A DNA stretch of 64,000 nucleotides from an uncultured Coriobacteriaceae bacterium. Lineage in GTDB: Bacteria > Actinomycetota > Coriobacteriia > Coriobacteriales > Atopobiaceae. The stretch is from positions 213-64,212 of the forward strand of contig CACZFB010000038.1 of NCBI GenBank assembly GCA_902780305.1, read 5' to 3'. Every line of letters starts with the position of its first letter. The first letter of the stretch is position 1. The position numbers and the translations under genes are program-made. This document shows positions 8,725-16,978 of the stretch, piece after piece. Under the pieces are notes generated by a model. It worked only from the letters and a program-made list of their open reading frames with translations, had not been told where the DNA came from and did no database searches.

Positions 8725-9249
8725 ATGACCAAGCTGCATCTTTATCGCATGGATATGAAGTATGTACGTGACCTCGCAAAGGTAGATGACAACGTGATGT
8801 CCGTCTCGCCTCAGGCGGGAAAGGCTACGAGGCCCTTTGTTGGCATCATTGTCGTTAACGGCGAGCGACAGTATTGTGTCCCGCTTTCATCTCCAAAGCC
8901 AAAACACGACCGTATGAAAAATGGGCGCGATTTTACTAAGGTGTTCGACCCAAAGGGGCGTCTGATCGCGGTGCTCAACTTTAACAACATGGTCCCCGTT
9001 GATCAGAGTGTCGCACACAAGGTCGACCTTAGAGTCAGTCCCATGGACGATTCGCCGACAAGAGCGTTTAAGCTGCTTATGGGAAACCAAATCGATTGGT
9101 GTAACGCTCATAGAAGCGAAATCATTCGCAAGGCAAACAGGCTCTACGATATTGTGACGACTCATCCAGAGAAGTATCGTGGGCTTACTAAACGGTGCTG
9201 TGACTTTAAACGACTCGAACGCGTTTTGGACTCTCGACTCCAAAACTGA
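8725..9249 (+). CDS. toxN: Type III toxin-antitoxin system ToxN/AbiQ-family endoribonuclease toxin
   Basis: ORF 8662.. trimmed to ATG 8725 behind GGAG. The 174-aa product aligns block by block with Pectobacterium ToxN (LYRMDMKYVRDL; RPFVGIIVVNGERQYCVPLSSPKPKH; AVLNFNNMVPV; CDFKRLE). Confidence 0.9.
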   Translation: MTKLHLYRMDMKYVRDLAKVDDNVMSVSPQAGKATRPFVGIIVVNGERQYCVPLSSPKPKHDRMKNGRDFTKVFDPKGRLIAVLNFNNMVPVDQSVAHKVDLRVSPMDDSPTRAFKLLMGNQIDWCNAHRSEIIRKANRLYDIVTTHPEKYRGLTKRCCDFKRLERVLDSRLQN

Positions 9250-9276
9250 GAAAAGGGGTTTGGCCCCTTTTCTCAG
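9246..9276. terminator. Family B palindrome containing the toxN stop codon
   Basis: CTGAGAAAAGGGG-TTTGG-CCCCTTTTCTCAG. TGA is at 9247-9249. Confidence 0.7.
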
Positions 9277-9390
9277 GTGCATGGTAGAATGGCAGCAACT
9301 ATATAAGTGAGGGTACGGTCATCGAGCTGCAACGCCTACTAACGGATTCCGGTTCAACTTACGGTCGCATGGCCAGAAAGGACGGACAGC

Positions 9391-10314
9391 ATGACACGGC
9401 AACAATTCTCCAGACGCACCTTTGTGGGCGCAGCCAGCGCGGCATTGGCGGGCGCAGGCCTCACGGGATGCGCAACAGCCGCCACGACCAACCAGACAAC
9501 CACGCAGGCGGCTACGACGCCCAAGCCCGTTATCCTGGTAACCAGTTTCGGCACGAGCTACGCAAGCAGCCGCCACAACACCATCGGCGCCATCGAGTCC
9601 GACATCCGTGAGGCGTTTGCCGACTACGACGTACGCCGCGCCTTTACCTCGCAAATCATCATCGACCACATCCAAAAGGATACTGGCCGCCACATCGACA
9701 ACTTCGAGGAGGCCATGGACAAGCTCGTGGCTGAGGGTGTGCGCGAGGTGGTGGTGCAGCCTACGCACCTCATGGACGGCTACGAGTACCAGGACGTGAA
9801 GAAGGCCCTGGAGGGCTATGCAAGCAAGTTCGACAAGTGCGTGCTGGGTCTCCCGCTCATCAAGACCAAGGACGACCAGGTTGCCGTCGCGCGTGCCCTG
9901 CGTGAGGTTCTGGCGAGCTACGAGGACAAGCAGACGGCGATCTGCCTGATGGGTCATGGTACCGAGGCCGAGTCCAACGCTCTGTATCGGGAGCTGCAGC
10001 AAGTGTTCTCCGACGAGGGCATGGAGCGCTACTTCATCGCTACGGTTGAGGCAACCCCGACCTTCGAAGACGTCGTAAAGGCGGCAACCGCCGCCAACTG
10101 CACCAAGGCGGTGCTCCGGCCGCTCATGGTTGTAGCGGGTGACCATGCGAACAACGACATGGCCGACACGTCCAACCCCGAATCCTTTGCGTCATTGCTC
10201 ATGGCAGCCAACTTCGAGGTGACGAGTGTGTTGGAGGGCCTGGGCCAGATTGAAGCCATCGACGAGATCTACGTGCGTCACGTGCAAGATGCCATCGATG
10301 GAAAGCAGGGATAG
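9391..10314 (+). CDS. cbiK: CbiK-family (class II) chelatase homologue with a Tat signal and lipobox: predicted extracytoplasmic lipoprotein
   Basis: N-terminus MTRQQFSRRTFVGAASAALAGAGLTGC, then the CbiK core PVILVTSFGTSYASSRHNTIGAIE...VVQPTHLMDGYEY...LMGHGTE. Confidence 0.8.
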   Translation: MTRQQFSRRTFVGAASAALAGAGLTGCATAATTNQTTTQAATTPKPVILVTSFGTSYASSRHNTIGAIESDIREAFADYDVRRAFTSQIIIDHIQKDTGRHIDNFEEAMDKLVAEGVREVVVQPTHLMDGYEYQDVKKALEGYASKFDKCVLGLPLIKTKDDQVAVARALREVLASYEDKQTAICLMGHGTEAESNALYRELQQVFSDEGMERYFIATVEATPTFEDVVKAATAANCTKAVLRPLMVVAGDHANNDMADTSNPESFASLLMAANFEVTSVLEGLGQIEAIDEIYVRHVQDAIDGKQG

Positions 10315-10317
10315 GCC

Positions 10318-10872
10318 ATGAGAACACCGTCGATTTCCGCTCGTTCCCTCGTTGCCCGCGCCACGGCCGCCGTGCTGCTGGGTGTCTCGCTGGTGGCCTG
10401 CGGTGCACCAGCACAGAACGCCGAGCAACATCCGGAGTCCGCCCAGACCGAGACGCCCCAGACCGAGACGGCCCCCACGGAAGCCACCGGTACCGAAGCA
10501 CCTGCCACCAAGGCGGCTGCGCCTGCCGACGGGACCTACCAGATTGAAGCTGAGACCGACTCCAGCATGTTCCGATCGGAGCGCTGCACGTTGGTCGTGA
10601 AGGACGGCACGTATACTGCCACGCTCGTGCTTCCTGGCGAGGGCTTCTCCAAGTTGTACTTCGGCTCGGCGCAAGACGCCGCGTCGGCACCGGCCGACGA
10701 GGTGTACGAATATGCCGAGGGAGAGGACGGCAAGTACACGTTTGAGCTGCCCGTCTCTGCGCTTGACGAGCCGCTGAAGATTGCGGCATACGGCCAGCGA
10801 CGGGACAAGTGGTACGACCACACCATAACGTTCGTCTCTCCTGCACAGGAAGCGCAGGCAGATGCCGCATAG
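10318..10872 (+). CDS. Lipoprotein with a NEAT-like beta-sandwich signature (putative tetrapyrrole/haem/corrinoid-binding)
   Basis: Lipobox LVAC, low-complexity linker, then ADGTYQIEAETDSSMFRSERCTLVVKDGTYTATLVL. Paralogue of the 26973-27569 product. Function is inferred only. Confidence 0.55.
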   Translation: MRTPSISARSLVARATAAVLLGVSLVACGAPAQNAEQHPESAQTETPQTETAPTEATGTEAPATKAAAPADGTYQIEAETDSSMFRSERCTLVVKDGTYTATLVLPGEGFSKLYFGSAQDAASAPADEVYEYAEGEDGKYTFELPVSALDEPLKIAAYGQRRDKWYDHTITFVSPAQEAQADAA

Positions 10873-12079
10873 CGCGCGACGTGCGTGGGCGCTGAGCCTG
10901 GCGGTGTGCCTAGCAGTGACTCTGACGCTGGGCGGCTGTGCCTCTGGTGGCGCGTCGCCCGGCGCCTCGGGTGCGGCCGAGACAACCAGTCAGGCGCAGT
11001 CGCCCGCCACAACACTCGTTGACGACTTTTGCAATCCGGACCTGGGATGCGGCTGGGAGTCGACGGGCCAGCTAGAGCTCGCGTACGCCAAGCGCCTGTG
11101 CGTGTACACGTACGAGGGTGGATACCGCCTGGCGTGCCTTGCCGACGGTTCGCGCTACCTCGTGGTGCCCGAGGGTGCCCAGGTGCCCGCGGGACTGGCA
11201 GGCGACATCGTAACCATCCAGCGACCCATGGGCGACGTGTACCTTGCGGCAAGTGACTCCATGTGCCTGTTTCAGGCGCTGGGTCAGCTGGACCGCATTA
11301 CCGTGTCGGGCATCGCGCGTGACGACTGGCAGATTCCGGCTGCGCGCGATGCCATGGACGCGGGTCGCATCGTGTACGGCGGCAAGTACCGCGCGCCCGA
11401 CTACGAGTTGCTGCTCGACCGCGGCGTGCGCCTTGCCATGGAGAGCACGATGATCAACCACGTGCCCGAAGTGCGCGAGAAGCTCGTGGAGCTGGGGATT
11501 CCCGTGCTCACGGAGCTCTCCAGCTACGAGGAGGAGCCGCTTGGCCGCGCGGAGTGGATAAAGCTCGTGGGCGTCCTGTGCGATTGCGAGGACGAGGCGC
11601 AGCGGCTGTTCGACGAACAGGTTGCCCAGGTTGCCGGAATCCGGAAGCCCGACACCGGCAAGACCGTGGCGTTTTTCTACCTCAACGCCAACGGGGCGGC
11701 AGTGGTGCGCCGGCCGGGTGACTATGTGACCAAGATGATAGAACAGGCGGGTGGCACCTACGCCTTCGACGACCTGGACCCGGCTACGCCTGGGGCCAGC
11801 AGCGTGACGTTGGAGATGGAGCAGTTCTTCTCTGTTGCCAAAGAAGCCGACGTTATGGTGTACAACGCCACCATCGACGACGGTGTGGACTCGCTTGCCG
11901 ACCTCACGCGCAAGAACGGCCTGCTCGAGGACTGCGCGGCCGTGCGCGCCAAGGAAGTATACGTGACCGACAGCAGCATGTATCAGCAGATGCTGGAGTC
12001 GGGCTCGATGATCGCCGACCTCAATCGCATGCTGTGCGGCGAGGGAGACGACCTCACGTTCTTGCGCAGGCTCTCGTAG
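10862..12079 (+). CDS. ABC transporter substrate-binding lipoprotein (Peripla_BP_2, iron-siderophore/haem/cobalamin class)
   Basis: Lipobox LGGC. The domain is followed by FecCD permease and ATPase genes. Confidence 0.8.
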   Translation: MPHSARRAWALSLAVCLAVTLTLGGCASGGASPGASGAAETTSQAQSPATTLVDDFCNPDLGCGWESTGQLELAYAKRLCVYTYEGGYRLACLADGSRYLVVPEGAQVPAGLAGDIVTIQRPMGDVYLAASDSMCLFQALGQLDRITVSGIARDDWQIPAARDAMDAGRIVYGGKYRAPDYELLLDRGVRLAMESTMINHVPEVREKLVELGIPVLTELSSYEEEPLGRAEWIKLVGVLCDCEDEAQRLFDEQVAQVAGIRKPDTGKTVAFFYLNANGAAVVRRPGDYVTKMIEQAGGTYAFDDLDPATPGASSVTLEMEQFFSVAKEADVMVYNATIDDGVDSLADLTRKNGLLEDCAAVRAKEVYVTDSSMYQQMLESGSMIADLNRMLCGEGDDLTFLRRLS

Positions 12080-12089
12080 GGAGGCGCGG

Positions 12090-13136
12090 ATGGCAAGAGG
12101 GCAAGGCAGCGGTTGGGCTCCGGGCGGCGGCGCGCGCACGTGCGTGGCGTTTGCGTTGCTGCTTGTCCTGCTCGCAGGTCTGCTCGTGGCCAACCTGTGT
12201 GTGGGCAGCGTGGCCATACCACTGGGCGAGCTCGCACGCGTTCTGACACACCCCGAAGGTACGCAGACGGCCACTCAGGTGGTGTGGGGCATCCGTCTGC
12301 CACGGCTGTTGGCGGCGGGGCTCCTGGGCGGGGCGCTGGGTCTTGCGGGCCTGCTGCTGCAAACACTGTTTGCCAACCCCATTGCCGGTCCGTTCGTTCT
12401 GGGCATATCCAGTGGCGCAAAGCTGTGCGTCGCCATGCTTCTGGTGAGCGCTGCGGGCACCATGGGAGCCTTGTCGGCATGGATGACCATGGCTGCGGCG
12501 TTCGTGGGCGCACTGATTGCCATGGTGCTGGTGCTGGCGGTCTCGGCCCGCACGACCTTGGCCAGCGTGCTGGTGGTGGCGGGGGTGATGATCGGCTACC
12601 TGTGCAACGCCGCGACCGACCTTTTGGTAACCTTCGCGAGCGACGCGAACATCGTGAATTTGCGCAACTGGTCGCTGGGCAGCTTCTCGGGCACGGCCTG
12701 GGGCGAGGTGGGCATCATGGCGCTGGTGGTGCTCGCATGCCTGGCCTGCGCGCTGGCGCTGGCAAAGCCCATGGGGGCCTACGCGCAGGGCGAGGCCTAC
12801 GCACAGAGCGTGGGCGTGGACGTGCGGCGCTTCCGCGTTGCCACCATCCTGCTGTCCAGCCTGCTGGCGGCATGCGTGACGGCGTTCGCCGGACCCATTA
12901 GCTTTGTGGGCATTGCCGTGCCGCACCTGGCCCGTCGCCTGCTTGCCACCGCGCGTCCCCTCGCGCTCGTTCCCGCGACGTTTTTGGCCGGATCGGTGTT
13001 CTGCCTGGCCTGCGACCTCGTGGCTCGCAACGCCTTTGCTCCCACCGAGGTCTCGGTGTCCACCATAACCGCGCTGGTGGGGGCGCCCATGGTCGTGTGG
13101 GTGCTCCTACGCCGCGAGCGGGGTGATGTGGCATGA
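12090..13136 (+). CDS. FecCD/BtuC-family ABC transporter permease
   Basis: 348 aa, hydrophobic. Family hallmarks: LRLPRLLAAGLLGGALGLAG.. and GPISFVGIAVPHLAR. Confidence 0.85.
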   Translation: MARGQGSGWAPGGGARTCVAFALLLVLLAGLLVANLCVGSVAIPLGELARVLTHPEGTQTATQVVWGIRLPRLLAAGLLGGALGLAGLLLQTLFANPIAGPFVLGISSGAKLCVAMLLVSAAGTMGALSAWMTMAAAFVGALIAMVLVLAVSARTTLASVLVVAGVMIGYLCNAATDLLVTFASDANIVNLRNWSLGSFSGTAWGEVGIMALVVLACLACALALAKPMGAYAQGEAYAQSVGVDVRRFRVATILLSSLLAACVTAFAGPISFVGIAVPHLARRLLATARPLALVPATFLAGSVFCLACDLVARNAFAPTEVSVSTITALVGAPMVVWVLLRRERGDVA

Positions 13137-13954
13137 GCGCGCGCGTCGACGCCATGGCGACGTCCGTTCCCCTGCATGTTCGGGGGCTTTGTGCTGGCTA
13201 CGACGGCGTTGCCCTGGTGCGTGACGTGAACCTTGCCGTGCGTGCGGGGCAGGTGGTCACGCTCATCGGACCCAACGGAAGCGGGAAGTCCACCGTGCTC
13301 AAGACGGTGGCTGGCCTCATCCCTGCCGTCGGCGGCGAGGTCGTGCTGGAGGGTCGTCCACTCGGGCAGCTCTCCGCACGCGAGCGGGCCCGTTCGCTTG
13401 CGGTGCTGCTCACGGAGCGCCGGCGTCCCGAGTACACCACGTGCGGCGAGATGGTCGCCGCGGGTCGCTACCCGCACACCGGGGCGCTGGGCATTCTGGG
13501 CCAGGCGGATCGCGACGAGGTGCGTGCCGCCATGGAGCTGGTGGGTGCGTGGGACCTGCGGGACAAGGACATCCGGCGCGTCTCGGACGGCCAGCGCCAG
13601 CGCGTGCTGCTTGCCCGCGCCATCTGCCAGCGCACGCCGGTGCTGCTGCTGGACGAGCCCACCAGCCACTTGGACATCCGACACCAAATCGACCTGCTCG
13701 TCGTGCTGCGACGGCTGGTCGCCGAGCGCGAGGTGGGCGTGCTCATGGCCCTGCACGAGCTCCCGCTGGCCCGTGCGGTCTCGGACTGGTTGGTGTGCGT
13801 TAAGGACGGACGCGTGCTGCTGGAGGGAACCCCAGACCAGGTGTTTGGCTCGAAGACGATGGAGGAGCTGTTCGATTTGCGGCCGGGCACCTATGACCCA
13901 GTGACTGGTGCGGTCCGGTTGCCCGACGTAGTGGGGGAGGCGGGCGATGCGTAG
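13133..13954 (+). CDS. ABC transporter ATP-binding protein (FecE/BtuD class)
   Basis: Walker A GPNGSGKST, signature VSDGQRQRV, Walker B LLLDEPTSHLD. Confidence 0.9.
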   Translation: MSARVDAMATSVPLHVRGLCAGYDGVALVRDVNLAVRAGQVVTLIGPNGSGKSTVLKTVAGLIPAVGGEVVLEGRPLGQLSARERARSLAVLLTERRRPEYTTCGEMVAAGRYPHTGALGILGQADRDEVRAAMELVGAWDLRDKDIRRVSDGQRQRVLLARAICQRTPVLLLDEPTSHLDIRHQIDLLVVLRRLVAEREVGVLMALHELPLARAVSDWLVCVKDGRVLLEGTPDQVFGSKTMEELFDLRPGTYDPVTGAVRLPDVVGEAGDA

Positions 13955-15104
13955 GCTCGAGCACTACGTGAGTGCCGGCTCGAGGCGCCTGCGCTGTGGC
14001 TACACCACTGGCACGTGTGCCGCCGCCGCGACGCGCGCCGCCGCCGAGCTGCTGCTGGCCGGCGAGGTCGTGCCCAACGTGGTGGTTGGCACACCTGCGG
14101 GCGTCGACTGCGTGCTGGACGTGGAGCAGGCGCAGCATGGGGACGGCTGGGCGAGCTGTGCGGTGCGCAAGGATGCCGGGGACGACCCAGACGTCACGGA
14201 CGGCGTGCTCGTGTGCTCGCGCGTGAGCCTGAGCTCCACGCCTGGCGTGGCCATCGACGGCGGTGAGGGAGTGGGACGCGTCACGAGTCTCGGTCTGGAC
14301 CAGCCCGTGGGCGCGGCGGCGATCAACGCCACGCCGCGTGCCATGATCGAGCGCGAGGCATCCCTCGCGTGCGCGCAACACGGGTATGCGGGCGGCCTTG
14401 CCGTAATCATCTCCATTCCCGGCGGCCGGGAGCTGGCGTCGCGCACCTTCAACCCGCGCCTGGGAATCGAGGGCGGGCTCTCGGTGTTGGGCACGAGCGG
14501 CATCGTGCGGCCCATGAGCGAGGAGGCGCTCGTCCAGACGGTGCGCCTCGAGTTGCGCGTGCTGCGCGAGCGCGGCGTGCGTGACGTGGTGGTCGTGCCG
14601 GGAAACTACGGCCGCGACTACGCGCTGGGCACGCTGGGCCTGGACCAGAGGTGCATGGCGTCCTGTTCCAACCACCTGGGTGTCGCCATCGACGAGGCGG
14701 GCATGCTGGGCTTTTCCAGCATGCTGGTGGTGGGACACGCGGGCAAGCTGGTTAAGGTGGCTGCCGGCATACTGAACACCCACTCGCGGGTTGCGGACGG
14801 GCGCATGGAGGTGCTGGCGGCGCATGCCGCCATGGCGGGCGCGTCGGTCGAGCTCGTGGGGCGCGTGCTGGACGCGCCCACGGTGGACGCGGCCCTGGCG
14901 CTGCTGGACGAGGCAGGGTTGCGCGAGCGTGCGATGTTGCCGCTCGTGGCGCGCATGGAGCGCTACCTGCGCGTGCGCGCGACGGGGGGACTCGCGGTGG
15001 AGGCGGTGGTGTTCTCGCACGCGTGGGGCGAGCTGGGCCGCACGTCCGGGGCGGACGCGCTGCTCGAGCTGCACAAGGCCAAACGGGAGGACGACGATGA
15101 TTAG
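13947..15104 (+). CDS. cbiD: Cobalt-precorrin-5B (C1)-methyltransferase
   Basis: RLRCGYTTGTCAAAATRAAAELL; 385 aa. Confidence 0.9.
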   Translation: MRRLEHYVSAGSRRLRCGYTTGTCAAAATRAAAELLLAGEVVPNVVVGTPAGVDCVLDVEQAQHGDGWASCAVRKDAGDDPDVTDGVLVCSRVSLSSTPGVAIDGGEGVGRVTSLGLDQPVGAAAINATPRAMIEREASLACAQHGYAGGLAVIISIPGGRELASRTFNPRLGIEGGLSVLGTSGIVRPMSEEALVQTVRLELRVLRERGVRDVVVVPGNYGRDYALGTLGLDQRCMASCSNHLGVAIDEAGMLGFSSMLVVGHAGKLVKVAAGILNTHSRVADGRMEVLAAHAAMAGASVELVGRVLDAPTVDAALALLDEAGLRERAMLPLVARMERYLRVRATGGLAVEAVVFSHAWGELGRTSGADALLELHKAKREDDDD

Positions 15105-15912
15105 CTTTGTGGGTGCCGGTCCCGGTGCGGCCGACCTCGTCACCGTGCGGGGCGCGCGCCTGCTCGCCCAGGCAGACGTCGTGGTATATGCGGGCTCGCT
15201 GGTAAACCCCGAGCTGCTGGGCCTGTGCGGTGAGGGCTGCCAGACGTACGACTCTGCGGTCATGACGCTGGAGCAGGTCGTGGGTCTGATGGCCGATGCC
15301 GAGCGTGCGGGCAGGCGCTGCGTGCGCCTGCACACGGGAGACCCCGCGCTCTTTGGGGCCATTCGCGAGCAGATGGACGCGCTCGCTGCGCTGGGGCTGG
15401 ACTTCGAGGTGGTGCCGGGCGTCTCGTCGATGTTTGGCGCGTCGGCGGCGCTGCGTGCGGAGTACACCGTACCGGGCGTCAGCCAGTCGGTGATCGTCTG
15501 CCGCATGGAGGGACGCACGCCGGTCCCTGAGCGCGAGCGGCTGCGCAAGCTCGCGTCCCACGGATGCACGATGGTGCTGTTCCTCAGCGCGTCCCTGCTG
15601 CGGGAGGTGCAGGAGGAGCTGCTTGCGGGAGGTTACGACCCGGTCACGCCTGCCGCCATCGTGGTACGTGCCACCTGGCCCGACGAGGAGGTGCACCGCT
15701 GCACGGTGGGCACGATCGCGCGCTGCGGAGAGGACCATGCGGTGTCGAGGACCGCGCTCGTGGTGGTGGGAGACGTGCTGGGCGATGCCGGGGAACGCTC
15801 GCGCCTGTACGATCCGACGTTCTCGCACGGCTATCGCGGTGCCGTGGACGTGGCCGAAGTCGCAAAGATGGCCGGTGTCCCGGATGTGGCCCTAAGAAAG
15901 GCGAGGAAGTGA
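15097..15912 (+). CDS. cbiF: Cobalt-precorrin-4 C11-methyltransferase
   Basis: Trimmed to ATG 15097 (MISFVGAGPGAADLVTVRGARLL..). Overlaps the cbiD stop (ATGATTAG). Confidence 0.9.
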   Translation: MISFVGAGPGAADLVTVRGARLLAQADVVVYAGSLVNPELLGLCGEGCQTYDSAVMTLEQVVGLMADAERAGRRCVRLHTGDPALFGAIREQMDALAALGLDFEVVPGVSSMFGASAALRAEYTVPGVSQSVIVCRMEGRTPVPERERLRKLASHGCTMVLFLSASLLREVQEELLAGGYDPVTPAAIVVRATWPDEEVHRCTVGTIARCGEDHAVSRTALVVVGDVLGDAGERSRLYDPTFSHGYRGAVDVAEVAKMAGVPDVALRKARK

Positions 15913-15919
15913 TGCGACC

Positions 15920-16978
15920 GTGCGCGTTGAGATGATGGCGTTCACGCAACGGGGCGTGGAACTGGCGGTCGACCTCGCCGGCGCCCTGAGACGTGCGGGC
16001 GACGAGGTCGTGGTGTGCGGAACGGGAGCGCACGTGACGCATGCTGGCGTGCGCGCCTGCACCAGTCTGGCCGACTGGTGCTCGCTGGCCTTTGCGCGGG
16101 CGGACGCGCTGCTGTTCGTGGGGGCATGCGGCATCGCGGTGCGAGCCATAGCCCCCCACGTGCGCGACAAGTTTTGCGACCCGGCCGTGGTGTGCGTGGA
16201 CGAGGCGGCAACCTTCGCCGTGCCGCTGCTGGGCGGGCATGTGGCCGGTGCCAACGACCTCGCGCGGCGCGTGGCCGACGCCTGTGGAGCGCAGGCCGTG
16301 GTGACGACGGCCACCGACGTGCGCGGCGTGTTCGCCTTCGACGCCTGGGCAGCTGCCCAGGGCGTGGCGGTGCTCGACCGAGCGGCGGCAAAGGAGGTCT
16401 CGGCGACGCTGCTTGCGGGCGGCCGCGTGGGTCTGGCGTGCGACGTGGCGGTGGATGGGCCACTGCCCGTGGGCGTCGTGACCGGGGCGGAGGCAGAAGA
16501 CTGCGAGGTGGGCGTGTGCGTAACGCTCGACGTCCGCCGGAAGCCGTTTGCCCGCACGCTGCGGCTCGTTCCGCGCGTGGTCGTGGTGGGCGTCGGATGC
16601 AGGCGTGGCGTGGACGCACAGGTCATCGGCGCGGCGGTGAACGCGAGCTTGGACGAGGCACACGTGCCGGTGCAAGCCGTCTGTGCATTGGCCACCATAG
16701 ACAGGAAGGCCGACGAGCCCGGCTTGCGGGAGCTGGCCGCATGGCATGGCTGGGAGCTGCGGACGTTTCGTGCCGAGCGCCTTCGGGCCGTGCCGGGCGA
16801 CTTTGCCGAATCGGCGTTCGTGCGCGAGCAGGTGGGGGTGGGCAACGTGTGCGAGCGCGCGGCGTGTGCCACGGGCGCTCAGCTGCTGCTGGGCAAGCGC
16901 AGCCAGGCGGGCGTCACCGTGGCGATCGCGGCAACGGAGCCGCACGTCACCTTTGCGAGCGAGACGGAGGAGCCATGA
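15920..16978 (+). CDS. cbiG: Cobalt-precorrin-5A hydrolase
   Basis: CbiG N- and C-domains (..LFVGACGIAVRAIAP.., ..VGVGCRRG..). Start is uncertain: GTG 15920 or ATG 15932/15935. Confidence 0.8.
   Translation: MRVEMMAFTQRGVELAVDLAGALRRAGDEVVVCGTGAHVTHAGVRACTSLADWCSLAFARADALLFVGACGIAVRAIAPHVRDKFCDPAVVCVDEAATFAVPLLGGHVAGANDLARRVADACGAQAVVTTATDVRGVFAFDAWAAAQGVAVLDRAAAKEVSATLLAGGRVGLACDVAVDGPLPVGVVTGAEAEDCEVGVCVTLDVRRKPFARTLRLVPRVVVVGVGCRRGVDAQVIGAAVNASLDEAHVPVQAVCALATIDRKADEPGLRELAAWHGWELRTFRAERLRAVPGDFAESAFVREQVGVGNVCERAACATGAQLLLGKRSQAGVTVAIAATEPHVTFASETEEP

Noticed and set aside
9277-9390. Cobalamin riboswitch ahead of the cbiK-led operon.
   Set aside because: I could not find the B12-box (GCCACTG-like core) or the usual conserved GGTGC/AGGGAA stems by eye, and the leader is only ~115 nt. 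A covariance-model search (RF00174) would be decisive.
16015-16974. Long upstream extension of the cbiH reading frame (564-aa ORF). Similar extensions occur for cbiF (14791), cbiET (17939), cobD (21591), mntP (32168), the activase (50870) and HAD (57932).
   Set aside because: The extensions overlap the preceding well-supported genes and are Arg/Gly-rich nonsense. Internal ATGs coincide with family N-termini and with stop/start overlaps.
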